From: an uncultured Armatimonadetes bacterium
GTDB taxonomy: Bacteria > Armatimonadota > UBA5829 > DTJY01
Assembly: GCA_963717145.1 (NCBI GenBank)
Contig: OY970325.1
Coordinates: forward strand, 672,001-736,000
Length of the DNA: 64,000 bases
Reading direction: 5' to 3'
The position numbers and the translations under genes are program-made. This document shows positions 49,418-58,377 of the stretch, piece after piece. Under the pieces are notes generated by a model. That model was not told where the DNA came from. It saw only the letters and a list, made by a program, of their open reading frames with translations, and searched no databases. Positions within the stretch are counted from its first letter, which is position 1. Every line of letters begins with the position of its first letter.

Positions 49418-50950
49418 CTATGGTTTCGACACGCGCACGTGGCGATACGGCTCCGTGCCGATGCTCTCGGACACCAGTTTGTTCTCAGCTATCAGTTGAT
49501 GCTGAAGCCTGCGGACGTAGCTCGTCTGAGCCATCAACTCCACGTACTGTTCCTCGCCGTCCAGAATCCTCTCAATAGCCTCTTCCGCCTCGCGGAGCCC
49601 CACGTCCTCCTCCTGGAAGTCCGAGACCCTGAATATGGATTTGACGACGTTTGCGATCTGCGTATAGGTGTTGCTCTTGATCACATAGACGGGCGTGTCG
49701 CCCAGGGACGCCTCTCTCAGCTTCGTCGGCTCCTTGCGCGAGTGAGCCTTGAGCGTGAGAACGACATCCGCGTTGCTCGAATCCTTGGTGATATACGCCG
49801 GCACTCTCAGCTCGCGTATGGCCCGTTCGAGCCGGTTTCTGCTGACCCCGTACGGGAAAATGCGAACCGTCTGAGGCAGCGGCTTGCCGGCGGTGACCGC
49901 CTGCGCGACCATGCTGATCTCCTCCATCGGGCGAGTCGTGATGTCCGCTTCCTGCACGACCTCGACCTCGCCCTCCGGGTTCCGCACGCGGATCTCAGGC
50001 CTCGGCGGCGTCCCCCTCAGCAGCTTGTCCACGACCATGGCGACGTCGTGGTGGATCGCCAGCTTGTCGACCTCCATGATCTCGATGACCACGTCGAACG
50101 TCGGAGGCGCTTTGCGTTCGAGCACGGTCTTCTGTGTGCCGCGACGCTTGGCCTCCTCGTCGCTCAGGGTGACCGCCTGAATCCCGCCCACGAGGTCCGA
50201 GAGGGTCGGGTTCATCAGCAGGTTCTCGAGCGAGTTGCCGTGCGCGGTGCCGATCAGCTGGACGCCGCGCTCGGCGATGGTCCGAGCGGCGAACGCCTCC
50301 TCTTCGGTGCCGATCTCGTCGATGACGATGACCTCTGGCATGTGGTTCTCGACCGCCTCGATCATCACCGCGTGCTGCTGTTCGGGCGTGGCAACCTGCA
50401 TCCGGCGCGCGTGGCCGATGGCGGGGTGGGGGATATCGCCGTCGCCCGCGATCTCGTTCGACGTGTCCACGATCACGACGCGCTTCTTGAACTCGTCGCT
50501 GAGGACTCGGGCGACCTCGCGGAGCTTTGTGGTCTTGCCGACTCCCGGTCGGCCGAGCATGAGGATGCTCTTCCCGCTCTCCACCACGTCGCGGATGATG
50601 TCGATCGTGCCGTAGACCGCGCGCCCGATGCGGCAGGTGAGGCCGACGACTCTGCCCTGACGGTTGCGGATGGCCGAGATGCGGTGGAGGGTGCGCTCGA
50701 TGCCGGCGCGGTTGTCCTTGCCGAACTCGCCGACGCGCGCGACCACGTAGTCCAAGTCTTCGGGGGTGATCTCGATATCGCAGAGCCCCAGCACTCTCGT
50801 CGGGAATCGCGCCTCCGCCTGTCTGCCGAGGTCCATCACGATCTCGAGCAGGTCCTCGAGATCGGGCTGCTTCTCGAGGCACTCGCGAATCGGCGGCGGC
50901 AATACTTCGAGCAACTGATCCAGGTTGTCGGTGATCTTTTCCTGTCGCAT
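49418..50950 (-). CDS. Ycf45/SpoIIIAA-like AAA ATPase with C-terminal R3H domain
   Basis: GRPGVGKTT, DTSNEIAGDGD, IDEIG, RRLQH. Confidence 0.92.
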   Translation of the reverse strand: MRQEKITDNLDQLLEVLPPPIRECLEKQPDLEDLLEIVMDLGRQAEARFPTRVLGLCDIEITPEDLDYVVARVGEFGKDNRAGIERTLHRISAIRNRQGRVVGLTCRIGRAVYGTIDIIRDVVESGKSILMLGRPGVGKTTKLREVARVLSDEFKKRVVIVDTSNEIAGDGDIPHPAIGHARRMQVATPEQQHAVMIEAVENHMPEVIVIDEIGTEEEAFAARTIAERGVQLIGTAHGNSLENLLMNPTLSDLVGGIQAVTLSDEEAKRRGTQKTVLERKAPPTFDVVIEIMEVDKLAIHHDVAMVVDKLLRGTPPRPEIRVRNPEGEVEVVQEADITTRPMEEISMVAQAVTAGKPLPQTVRIFPYGVSRNRLERAIRELRVPAYITKDSSNADVVLTLKAHSRKEPTKLREASLGDTPVYVIKSNTYTQIANVVKSIFRVSDFQEEDVGLREAEEAIERILDGEEQYVELMAQTSYVRRLQHQLIAENKLVSESIGTEPYRHVRVSKP

Positions 50951-51206
50951 AGGCGTTTCTCGGTACTATTCTACCACATAGTACGCGAGACTATGTTTCA
51001 GGTTGACGAGCAAAATTCCTTCCGGGGTCAGGAGACAAGGGGCAGCCGATTGGACTATGGTTGGGGTTTTGGACCGGAGAGGCGGCACCAGACCTGGCCA
51101 CGGTCGTTCAGTTTGCCGCCGTGCAACGACTTCGAGCAGCTCGATGAGAGTGCTACCTCTTGGTGTGTTGCTCGTCGCTGAGTTTCCAAGAAGGGTAATC
51201 AACAGA

Positions 51207-51244
51207 TACAATCAGCGGACACCTCCCGGTGTCCGCTGATTGTA
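51207..51244. terminator. 17-bp perfect stem downstream of the pilin-like genes
   Basis: TACAATCAGCGGACACC-tccc-GGTGTCCGCTGATTGTA. Confidence 0.6.
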
Positions 51245-51278
51245 ACGTTACGTTTCACTGAAGGTGAAGACGAATGAC

Positions 51279-51995
51279 CTATAGATTGGGCTTCGGCCCC
51301 TCAAGGCGTAGCCACACCTGACCATTCCTGGCTCCACCCCAATGCCTGTCGTTGTACTGTGACAGAGTCATGTTGCTGACATGGCCGTCGATCCACAGGA
51401 TTTCGCCAACGTCGTTATGCCTGATCGCGAACTGGCGGCATGTTTGGGTGCCGTCATATTCCTCCGGAAGCGCTGCGAATAGTGTGCCACCGGTATTGCC
51501 CGTCCATCTCGTTTCCGCGATTCGGATAGTAGACGATGGGTACTTGACCTTGGTAACAGACACCACATCGGCCTTGCCGTCTGCGCAGTCCTGGGCGCTC
51601 ATCGCGCCGCCGCACCAGATGTTCATGCCGTAGGACCTTTCACCCATGGTCCCCTCTTCTTCCTTCCGTGCGGCGCCGCACTCGAAGAGCTTGCCAAGGT
51701 TACTGCCGGTCATCTTACCGCCGGAGATCTGCTTGAGATACGGATCAAGCAACTCAGGCCACATATGGCCGGTCCATCCGAACGGCATGCCGTACGGCAC
51801 GATGACGTCGCCCCACGCGGACTGGTACAGCTCGGACGCGACGCCGAGCTGCTTGAGGTTGTTAGCGCACGCGGTCTGAAGTGCCTTGCCTCTTACTTTG
51901 GCGAAGACGGGGAAAAGGATGGCCGCGAGTATCAAGATGATTGCGATAACAACCAGTAGCTCAATGAGAGTGAAACCTCTCTGTCTGCGAATCAT
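51279..51995 (-). CDS. Prepilin-type N-methylation protein with H-X9-DG C-terminal motif (DUF1559-like)
   Basis: RGFTLIELLVVIAII, C.NNLKQL, RHNDVGEILWIDGHV. Confidence 0.9.
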   Translation of the reverse strand: MIRRQRGFTLIELLVVIAIILILAAILFPVFAKVRGKALQTACANNLKQLGVASELYQSAWGDVIVPYGMPFGWTGHMWPELLDPYLKQISGGKMTGSNLGKLFECGAARKEEEGTMGERSYGMNIWCGGAMSAQDCADGKADVVSVTKVKYPSSTIRIAETRWTGNTGGTLFAALPEEYDGTQTCRQFAIRHNDVGEILWIDGHVSNMTLSQYNDRHWGGARNGQVWLRLEGPKPNL

Positions 51996-52094
51996 ATTGT
52001 GTATCCCTCCTGTCATCCCAATTCGGATTGGGTTCTTAGGGCGCGTCGCCTGTGCTCCGCTCCCACAACTGGCAAATTGCTTGGAATACTCAGG

Positions 52095-52964
52095 TTACAT
52101 CCCATACTTGGACTTAACAGTGTCCCAAAGTCGGTTGTCCCAGGCTGCTCCTGTCATCTTGTTCTTCACGCCCACGCCGGCTCTCACCAACTCACGGGGG
52201 TTGACGGCTCTGGTGTGGCCGTCGCAGTAAGCCACGTTGACCTTGTCGCTGTGACGCGGACTGATGCTGTAGCTGTTCTGCATGATCGGAGTCTGGTTTG
52301 GCTGAGCGTCAGTAAGCAGCGTGTTGTTGCACGGCGGGTATGCCCAGATGGACCTGTTCTCGACGAGCAAGATGGTATCCGAGGTGCTCTCGAGTCTGGA
52401 CACTCTCGTCGCGCCGGCGCTGAACCTCTGAGCTAGGAACGGGTTGGTCGTGGAACTATTGGCGGTCGCCCACGGCAGTCCGAGGTACAGGAAGTTGTAG
52501 CCATAGCTATGCCAGTCCTTCACTGCCCACGTTGCTTTCCACTTCAAGTCGCGATCCGGACAGTTGAAGACGCCCCCCATCATGCCAAGGTAGCCGGGGG
52601 AGTACCTGCCGGGCCCGTCGGTATCGACGAGCGAGCCTCTCGACACATACGGATCGACTCGCTCGACCCATGTTGCCCCATAGAACGCCAGTGGCGCCCC
52701 ACTCTGGAAGTCGATGTTCGCGAAGGGTGTCATGCCGCTACCAGAGGTCCCCGGCGCTCTCGTGCAAGGGAACTTGTCATCGAAATCTCCCGCGTAGCTG
52801 ATGATCGCCTTTGCGATCTGACTCATGTTCGCCGCGCAACTGGCGGCGCGAGCCTTCGCCCGGGCGGCTGCGAATATGGGGAAGAGAATTGCAGCCAGGA
52901 TAGCGATGATTGCGATGACCACTAGTAGTTCGATCAGGGTGAATCCTTTTCTCTCTCTAATCAT
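52095..52964 (-). CDS. Prepilin-type N-methylation protein with H-X9-DG motif (DUF1559-like)
   Basis: KGFTLIELLVVIAIIAILAAILFP, SYGYN, RHSDKVNVAYCDGH. Confidence 0.9.
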   Translation of the reverse strand: MIRERKGFTLIELLVVIAIIAILAAILFPIFAAARAKARAASCAANMSQIAKAIISYAGDFDDKFPCTRAPGTSGSGMTPFANIDFQSGAPLAFYGATWVERVDPYVSRGSLVDTDGPGRYSPGYLGMMGGVFNCPDRDLKWKATWAVKDWHSYGYNFLYLGLPWATANSSTTNPFLAQRFSAGATRVSRLESTSDTILLVENRSIWAYPPCNNTLLTDAQPNQTPIMQNSYSISPRHSDKVNVAYCDGHTRAVNPRELVRAGVGVKNKMTGAAWDNRLWDTVKSKYGM

Positions 52965-53085
52965 AAGTCACCTCCTCCTTCAAGGTGTGAAACCACGGCG
53001 ATGCTTGAAGCGGAACATCAGCCGTCTTTGATGATGGATCTCTTTCGCTCCAATGACAATAACGGATATCGCCGGGCAAAGGTTA

Positions 53086-53140
53086 CGCCCCCTGGGGGGA
53101 AAATTCGAATTTCGAATTTCGAGTTTTCACACCTGGGGGC
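53086..53140. repeat. (TTTCGAA)n tract within a G/C-rich stem
   Basis: CGCCCCC...AAAATTCGAATTTCGAATTTCGAGTTTT...GGGGGCG. Confidence 0.6.
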
Positions 53141-53250
53141 GCCCGTTGATCTTTGCAGGCCAAGTCAGCCACGCCCAATCTAGCATACGCAAATGGTTTT
53201 GTCAAGGGCGTTTTTGCCCGTGTTCCGACCGCTTGCAGAATGGTTTACCA

Positions 53251-53992
53251 TCAAGCAGGCTGCCGCTCAAGCCCATGAATCAGCAGCGCAGTGGCTGCTA
53301 TCGTTGCTGTCTCGGTCCTGAGTATCCTTGTCCCCAATGATATCGGTTCGCCGCCTGCTTCGATAGCGGCGTTTACCTCGGCCGACGTAAGTCCACCTTC
53401 CGGTCCGACAATCAACGCGACATCGGTTATATGTCTTTGACGATGCAGAAGCGACAAGAGTTCCGCACCCCGTTGCTCTTCCCACGCAATAAGGATGGTG
53501 TTTTGCCCTCTGACCAGCGAGAGTGCTTCGGACATCGAGCGCACTACCTCGACAACAGGCACGCGGACCCGGCCTGATTGCTCGGCGGCCTCCATAACGA
53601 TCGAGCGCCAGCGCTCCAGTTTCGGGTGAGTCCCGTCCCCTGGGATCTTCGGCACCGACCGCTCGGTGGCGGTGATGAGGAACTCGGCGGCCCCAGCTCG
53701 GTACATTTCTGAAGGATCATCTCCAGTTTGTCACCCTTGGGGATTCCCTGGATGATCGTAAGCCTCGTCGATGGCTCGGTATCGGGCGCGCGGGACTCCA
53801 CTATTCGTGCCGCGAAACCGCCGGATCCACTTGACTCGAGCACCGCTGAGAACTCGGCCCCGAGCCGTCGAACACGGCGACCTCATCTCCGGGCCGCATG
53901 CGCAGCACATTCCGAAGCTGGCTCTGCTGCTCAGTGGAGAAACGTACCTTCCCGTCTGCGATTCGAGGGGACGGAACATAGAATCTGTGCAT
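53251..53992 (-). CDS. rsmE: 16S rRNA m3U1498 methyltransferase; two frameshifts (~53859, ~53692)
   Basis: MHRFY, VLRM..GD, K.DKLE.ILQKCTELG, EAAEQS.R, VGPEGG, LG.RILR.ETA across three frames. Confidence 0.92.
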
Positions 53993-54035
53993 GGCTTACT
54001 ACTGAAGGACGGGCGCAGGGCAGGGCGACTTACCT

Positions 54036-54139
54036 GATGGGGAATGGTTGATGGCTGATGGTTGATGGGATGCGGGTAATCGGCGATGCGATGATCTCCC
54101 TATCCCCCATAGACCATAAACCATTAACCATCCCCCATC
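54036..54139. repeat. Palindromic heptamer element (GATGGTT)n...(AACCATC)n
   Basis: GATGGGGAATGGTTGATGGCTGATGGTTGATGG ... CCATAGACCATAAACCATTAACCATCCCCCATC. Confidence 0.8.
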
Positions 54140-54247
54140 GGAGGGTCGCCCTGCCGCAGACGCCAGTAGTCAGGGTGCTGCCCTGTCAAACTGTAAACGA
54201 TTACACGTCCGAAATAGGCGTTAGACAGCGGAGGGCTTCACTCCTCC
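54140..54247. ncRNA. Candidate structured RNA of unrecognised family
   Basis: Nested pairings GGAGG/CCTCC, GCCCT/AGGGC, CCGC/GCGG, ACGCC/GGCGT closing two small hairpins. Confidence 0.4.
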
Positions 54248-54319
54248 ATCCAAAGGGATTGTCGCATTCTTTTTTTTCGGGATCGCCGGGACGGTCGGTG
54301 GATCAGTGAGGTCCGTCGA

Positions 54320-54700
54320 TCATGCTGCGGCGCGGAGGCCGAGAGCAGCCAGGATTGCCAATACGTCGCTCATGCTGAATGGCTTGACAAGGCACGCAAA
54401 GGCGCCCAGGTTCATTGCTGCTTCGACGAGGGAATCGCGGGGATATCCGGTGATTATCACCACGGGGATCGTGGGCTGAAGTTGGCGCATCGATTCGAAT
54501 ATCTGCACGCCGTCTATGCCGGGGAGCTTGAGGTCGAGGAACACGACCTGAGGGCCCTGCTGCAGTCGTTCGATGGCGTCAGCAGCATCCTTGGCGGTAA
54601 GGGCCTGGTAGCCGTGACGAGCCAGCGCCTCTGCGAAGAGGCTCAGAATCTGGGGCTCATCGTCAACGATCAGAATGCAGTTCTCAGCCAATGAAGTCAC
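54320..54700 (-). CDS. Single-domain response regulator
   Basis: ILIVDDE, FLDLKLPGIDG, IITG, KPF. Confidence 0.9.
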   Translation of the reverse strand: MTSLAENCILIVDDEPQILSLFAEALARHGYQALTAKDAADAIERLQQGPQVVFLDLKLPGIDGVQIFESMRQLQPTIPVVIITGYPRDSLVEAAMNLGAFACLVKPFSMSDVLAILAALGLRAAA

Positions 54701-54777
54701 TCCGAGTCGAAGGCGGCCTGATCGGGTCTTTCGACTCCCAATTGGATTATCGGCTGAAGATGCGTGATGCAGTAGAC

Positions 54778-56076
54778 TCAGATGATGGTGGAAATCTGGC
54801 GGTTGATCGCATTGAGGAGAGCAGCGGCGGTTGCCCTGTAGCGGTCCTGCTTGGCGATGGCGCTGCCGACGAGCTTGATCTCGGTCTGAGGGGTGATCAG
54901 CACGGTCTGGACTACGACGACTTCGTCTCCGAGGCCGTTATTGATCGGGTTCACGCTGTCCACGATCACGCCGTAACCCGCGGGGAGGAACTTGCAGACC
55001 GCGCCGGCGATTGCGTCGGCTACGATCCTGAGGGAGTTGTTGCCGAGCGCGAACCCGCCCGCTTCGTGCGATTCGACGATCTCACCTTGGGAAAGGCGAA
55101 CCTGGACGTGGGCGACGGAGCCGCTCTCCCATGCGAAGTTCAACGACTGGACGTTCAGCCTGGTCCCCTTCGGCGGCCTTGGAAGCTGCTGGGCCTCGGG
55201 CTCGGCGGCGGGAGCGGCCTCGACGGTCGCGCCTCCATCTGCGGCAACGGGCACTGCCTGGTCGCTCTTCGCCCGCGTGCATGCCTTGCTTGCGAGATTG
55301 ATGAGGTTATCGAGCGTGGCGGCGTAGTGCATGTCTTCGCGCTCTTTGGTCCGTTTCCCGCCGAATACGCCGAAAGCCGCGGTCACCGGCTCGGGAAGGT
55401 CGGGATTGGTCGTCGTCCGAAGATCGTCCTCGAGCAGCGCAGCCAGTTCCAGCGCCTCTTCTCGATTGCGCAGGGTTGCGACAACGAACTCGTCCCCGGC
55501 ATAGCGGCAGAGCAGGTCGAGGTTCTCGTCCATACGCGCTTGAAGCACGCTCGTCACGTGCTGCAGCACTTTGTCCCCGATGATATGGCCGTACTGCTTG
55601 TTGAAATGACCGAAATTGTCGAGGTCCACGAAGATCAGCGTGATCTCACAACCGCTCTTGAGCGCGGTCATTCCCCAGTCGCGCAGTGTATCGGCCCTGG
55701 GGAGCCTGGTCAGCGGGTCGAGCGACTTCCCGAGTTCGGGGAGCAGCAGGTTCGGGGTGACGGTTCCCAGCAGACGGCCGTCCTGCATCACCAGGAGCCG
55801 GCTCGCGCCGGTCTTGGCCATCAGGTCGGCTGCGTTCGAGATCGTCAGATCCGGGGGCACGGTGACGAATTCGCGGTCCATGATGTGCTCGATGGGGATG
55901 TCATTGTCCTTGCCGAGGAGGTCCTTGTAGTCCACGACGCCCACCACGCGGTCTCCATCGACGACGGGCAGTCCGCCCACGTTATGGTTCTTCATGAGTA
56001 GAATCGCCGTTTTGATTCGATTCGCGGGTCCGACTGAGATGCCGTCGCCGGTCATTACGTCGCGAACTGTGCTCAT
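54778..56076 (-). CDS. CBS-pair + GGDEF (AGDEF) protein with an extra C-terminal domain
   Basis: VRDVMT, GGLPVVD; LDPLTRL, DLDNF, GHIIGD, RYAGDEF. Confidence 0.88.
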   Translation of the reverse strand: MSTVRDVMTGDGISVGPANRIKTAILLMKNHNVGGLPVVDGDRVVGVVDYKDLLGKDNDIPIEHIMDREFVTVPPDLTISNAADLMAKTGASRLLVMQDGRLLGTVTPNLLLPELGKSLDPLTRLPRADTLRDWGMTALKSGCEITLIFVDLDNFGHFNKQYGHIIGDKVLQHVTSVLQARMDENLDLLCRYAGDEFVVATLRNREEALELAALLEDDLRTTTNPDLPEPVTAAFGVFGGKRTKEREDMHYAATLDNLINLASKACTRAKSDQAVPVAADGGATVEAAPAAEPEAQQLPRPPKGTRLNVQSLNFAWESGSVAHVQVRLSQGEIVESHEAGGFALGNNSLRIVADAIAGAVCKFLPAGYGVIVDSVNPINNGLGDEVVVVQTVLITPQTEIKLVGSAIAKQDRYRATAAALLNAINRQISTII

Positions 56077-56243
56077 GGGCGTGGGAACGACCTTTCCAAG
56101 ACGTGTTGTGGTACCTGGCAGTAGTATATCACGCTCGGGAGGAATTGTGTACCCGCACAAATGCCGGATTTTGGGAGTGGTGGGTGAAATGGAGTGGCGG
56201 AGGAATCGAGCGACCGTTCGTAGAATACTACAAAAAGAAGAGC

Positions 56244-56699
56244 ATGAGCGACCAGATGTTTCATGCGCTTTGCATAGAAAGCATTGGAGGTAATCGAATC
56301 AAACTAAGAATCAACGAAAGCTCTGACGGCCAGTGGACGACCGGCCATCTGGTCAGCGATCAGGGAATTCACAGCGCCAAACTTGCAGGCACTATGGACG
56401 AGCATACCGTCGGCCAGCTTCGGGAGCTGTCCGACGTTGTCTTCGATGAGGATAGCTTCTCGATCGGCGACAACTTCGTCATAGACCTCAGCGAGGTTAC
56501 GGAGATCGATCATGTCGGTGTCGCGGCCCTGATCGGCATCCTGGTCGGGCTGTCGGCGAAGGCCGGGAGCCTGGCGCTGATACTTCCTCCGGAGCATCCG
56601 GTGCGACATGCGCTCCAGGTCACCGGTCTCGAGCGGGCCTTCGACCTGTTCGAGACCCGGGACGCAGCTTACGAACGGGTAGCCGTGCAGAGCAGGTGA
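56244..56699 (+). CDS. STAS-domain (anti-sigma-factor antagonist-like) protein
   Basis: IDLSEVTEID..GVAAL, LQVTGL...F. Confidence 0.8.
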   Translation: MSDQMFHALCIESIGGNRIKLRINESSDGQWTTGHLVSDQGIHSAKLAGTMDEHTVGQLRELSDVVFDEDSFSIGDNFVIDLSEVTEIDHVGVAALIGILVGLSAKAGSLALILPPEHPVRHALQVTGLERAFDLFETRDAAYERVAVQSR

Positions 56700-56705
56700 C
56701 GTCGG

Positions 56706-56734
56706 TTGAGCCGAGGCCGAGGATGTGGTATAAT
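56706..56734 (+). promoter_or_regulatory. tRNA promoter
   Basis: TTGAGC-17-TATAAT with a TG extension. Confidence 0.7.
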
Positions 56735-56751
56735 TCCGTGGTCATCTTCGT

Positions 56752-56827
56752 GGGCCCGTAGCTCAGTCGGCAGAGCAACGCCCTTTTAAGGCGTGGGTCG
56801 TGCGTTCGAATCGCACCGGGCTCACCA
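56752..56827 (+). tRNA. tRNA-Lys(UUU)
   Basis: 76-nt cloverleaf; anticodon stem ACGCC/GGCGT with loop CTTTTAA; TTCGAAT T-loop; encoded CCA. Confidence 0.96.
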
Positions 56828-56833
56828 CACGGC

Positions 56834-56860
56834 CGAGTACGAGTACGAGTACGAGTACGA
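56834..56860. repeat. (CGAGTA)4 microsatellite
   Basis: CGAGTACGAGTACGAGTACGAGTACGA directly after the tRNA. Confidence 0.8.
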
Positions 56861-56958
56861 ACCCCTCATCCCGAACCCCCATTTGCTTTTGCGACAATGT
56901 GTGCGATACCATGCCATCGGCCCATTCCGATGGGCGAATCCACACCAGGAGGTGTTGC

Positions 56959-58233
56959 ATGGAAGAGAGGGACATCAACCTCAGCTTGTGGCGCGATCTC
57001 GGGCTCGACCTCGACCGCCACTGCGAACTGATGAACCTGCTGCGCGAGGTCTATCCGGCCATCTACATGTCGCAGCAGAACCGCCCGCCCGCGATGGCGT
57101 ACTTCGATGCCGTGATCTCAGAGATCCACGGTGACCGAGTGCGCGAGTTGCTCGAGCACAAGAAGAGCGGCGGGAAGGTGATCGGCACGTTCTGCGTCTA
57201 TGTGCCGGACGAACTGATCCTGGCGGCCGGAGCGATTCCGGTCGGACTCTGTGGTGGCGCGGAGTTCAGCATTCCGGACGCGGAGGCCGATCTGCCGAGA
57301 AACCTCTGCCCGCTGATCAAGTCGTTCTACGGCTTCAAGGTCGGCAAGCTCTGCCCGTACTTCGAGACCTGCGACCTGCTCGTCGGCGAGACGACCTGCG
57401 ACGGCAAGAAGAAGGTCTGGGAGTGCCTCAATGAGATGACTCCGGTGCACGTGATGGAGCTTCCTCACACGAAGGGCCTGAAGCAACGGGAGATGTGGCT
57501 CGATGAGGTGAAGACGCTGAAGTCGCGGCTGGAGGGACTCTGCGGCACGACGATCACCGAGGAGAAGCTCTCCGATGCGATCCGACTGATGAACGAGAAG
57601 CGGAAGGCGCTCGCGCGGTTGTATGATCTCCGCAAGAGGCCGAACCCGCCGATCAGCGGGAAGGATGCGCTGCTGGTGAGCCAGATCGCCTTCTACGATG
57701 ACGTCGAGCGGTTCACCAGGTCGGTCAACACGCTGGCGGATCAGTGCGAGGCGCGCATTGAGTCCGGTGAGGGCATGGGCGATGCACCGAGGCTTCTCGT
57801 GAGCGGCTGCCCGATGGCGGTCCCGAACTGGAAACTGCATCACATTGCGGAGACCAGCGGCGCGGTCATCGTCGCCGAGGAAAGCTGCACGGGGACTCGC
57901 TACTTCGAGAACTTCGTGGACGAGACCCCGACGACCATGGACGGCATGATGAATGTGCTGGCGGATCGATACATCGCCACGAACTGCGCATGCTTCACGC
58001 CGAACGAGGGTCGAATCGACGACGTCATCCGCATGGTGGACGAATACAACGCAGACGGCGTGATCCATTACTCGCTGCAGTTCTGTCACACGTACAACAT
58101 CGAGGCCGGTCGGGTCGAGAAGGCGCTCAAGGAGCGTGGAATCCCCGTGCTGCGGATCGAGACGGACTACAGCATGGAGGATGTCGGTCAGTTGCAGACG
58201 CGCATCGAGGCGCTCCTCGAGCAGATAGGGTGA
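56959..58233 (+). CDS. Double-cubane-cluster protein (DCCP) / 2-hydroxyacyl-CoA dehydratase family
   Basis: W.DLGLDL..H, NRP..M.YFD, FCVYVP, LPRNLCPLIKS, GETTCDGKKK, ESCTG.RY, CACF.PN, QFC. Confidence 0.88.
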   Translation: MEERDINLSLWRDLGLDLDRHCELMNLLREVYPAIYMSQQNRPPAMAYFDAVISEIHGDRVRELLEHKKSGGKVIGTFCVYVPDELILAAGAIPVGLCGGAEFSIPDAEADLPRNLCPLIKSFYGFKVGKLCPYFETCDLLVGETTCDGKKKVWECLNEMTPVHVMELPHTKGLKQREMWLDEVKTLKSRLEGLCGTTITEEKLSDAIRLMNEKRKALARLYDLRKRPNPPISGKDALLVSQIAFYDDVERFTRSVNTLADQCEARIESGEGMGDAPRLLVSGCPMAVPNWKLHHIAETSGAVIVAEESCTGTRYFENFVDETPTTMDGMMNVLADRYIATNCACFTPNEGRIDDVIRMVDEYNADGVIHYSLQFCHTYNIEAGRVEKALKERGIPVLRIETDYSMEDVGQLQTRIEALLEQIG

Positions 58234-58274
58234 ACGTGAGCGGAGTGTAGTCGGCGGTCTGCCGACTGGGTAAA

Positions 58275-58354
58275 CCGGGTGTGGGAGTATGGGCGTGTGG
58301 GCGTATGGGGGTTCTTCTCCCATTCTCCCATACCCCCATACTCCCACACTCCGG
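58275..58354. repeat. Palindromic octamer element (GTRTGGGM)n...(CCCAYAC)n
   Basis: GTGTGGGAGTATGGGCGTGTGGGCGTATGGG ... CCCATTCTCCCATACCCCCATACTCCCACAC. Confidence 0.8.
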
Positions 58355-58377
58355 CTCCGCTCTGCAGGGGTTGAACA

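Noticed and set aside
49439-51181. Long antisense ORFs (also 3822-5612, 57118-58620, 61682-63205 and others)
   Set aside because: Shadow frames of high-GC genes with no recognisable motifs
50966-51211. Small ORFs or RNA in the 260-bp gap
   Set aside because: No SD, codon bias or convincing fold
53251-53992. rsmE, SSS and NRAMP as true pseudogenes or programmed frameshifts
   Set aside because: Mostly short-homopolymer indels without other decay or slippery heptamers; an artefact is more likely
54140-54247. Assignment to ZTP, yybP-ykoY, glmS, SRP or tmRNA
   Set aside because: Diagnostic consensus motifs not found by eye
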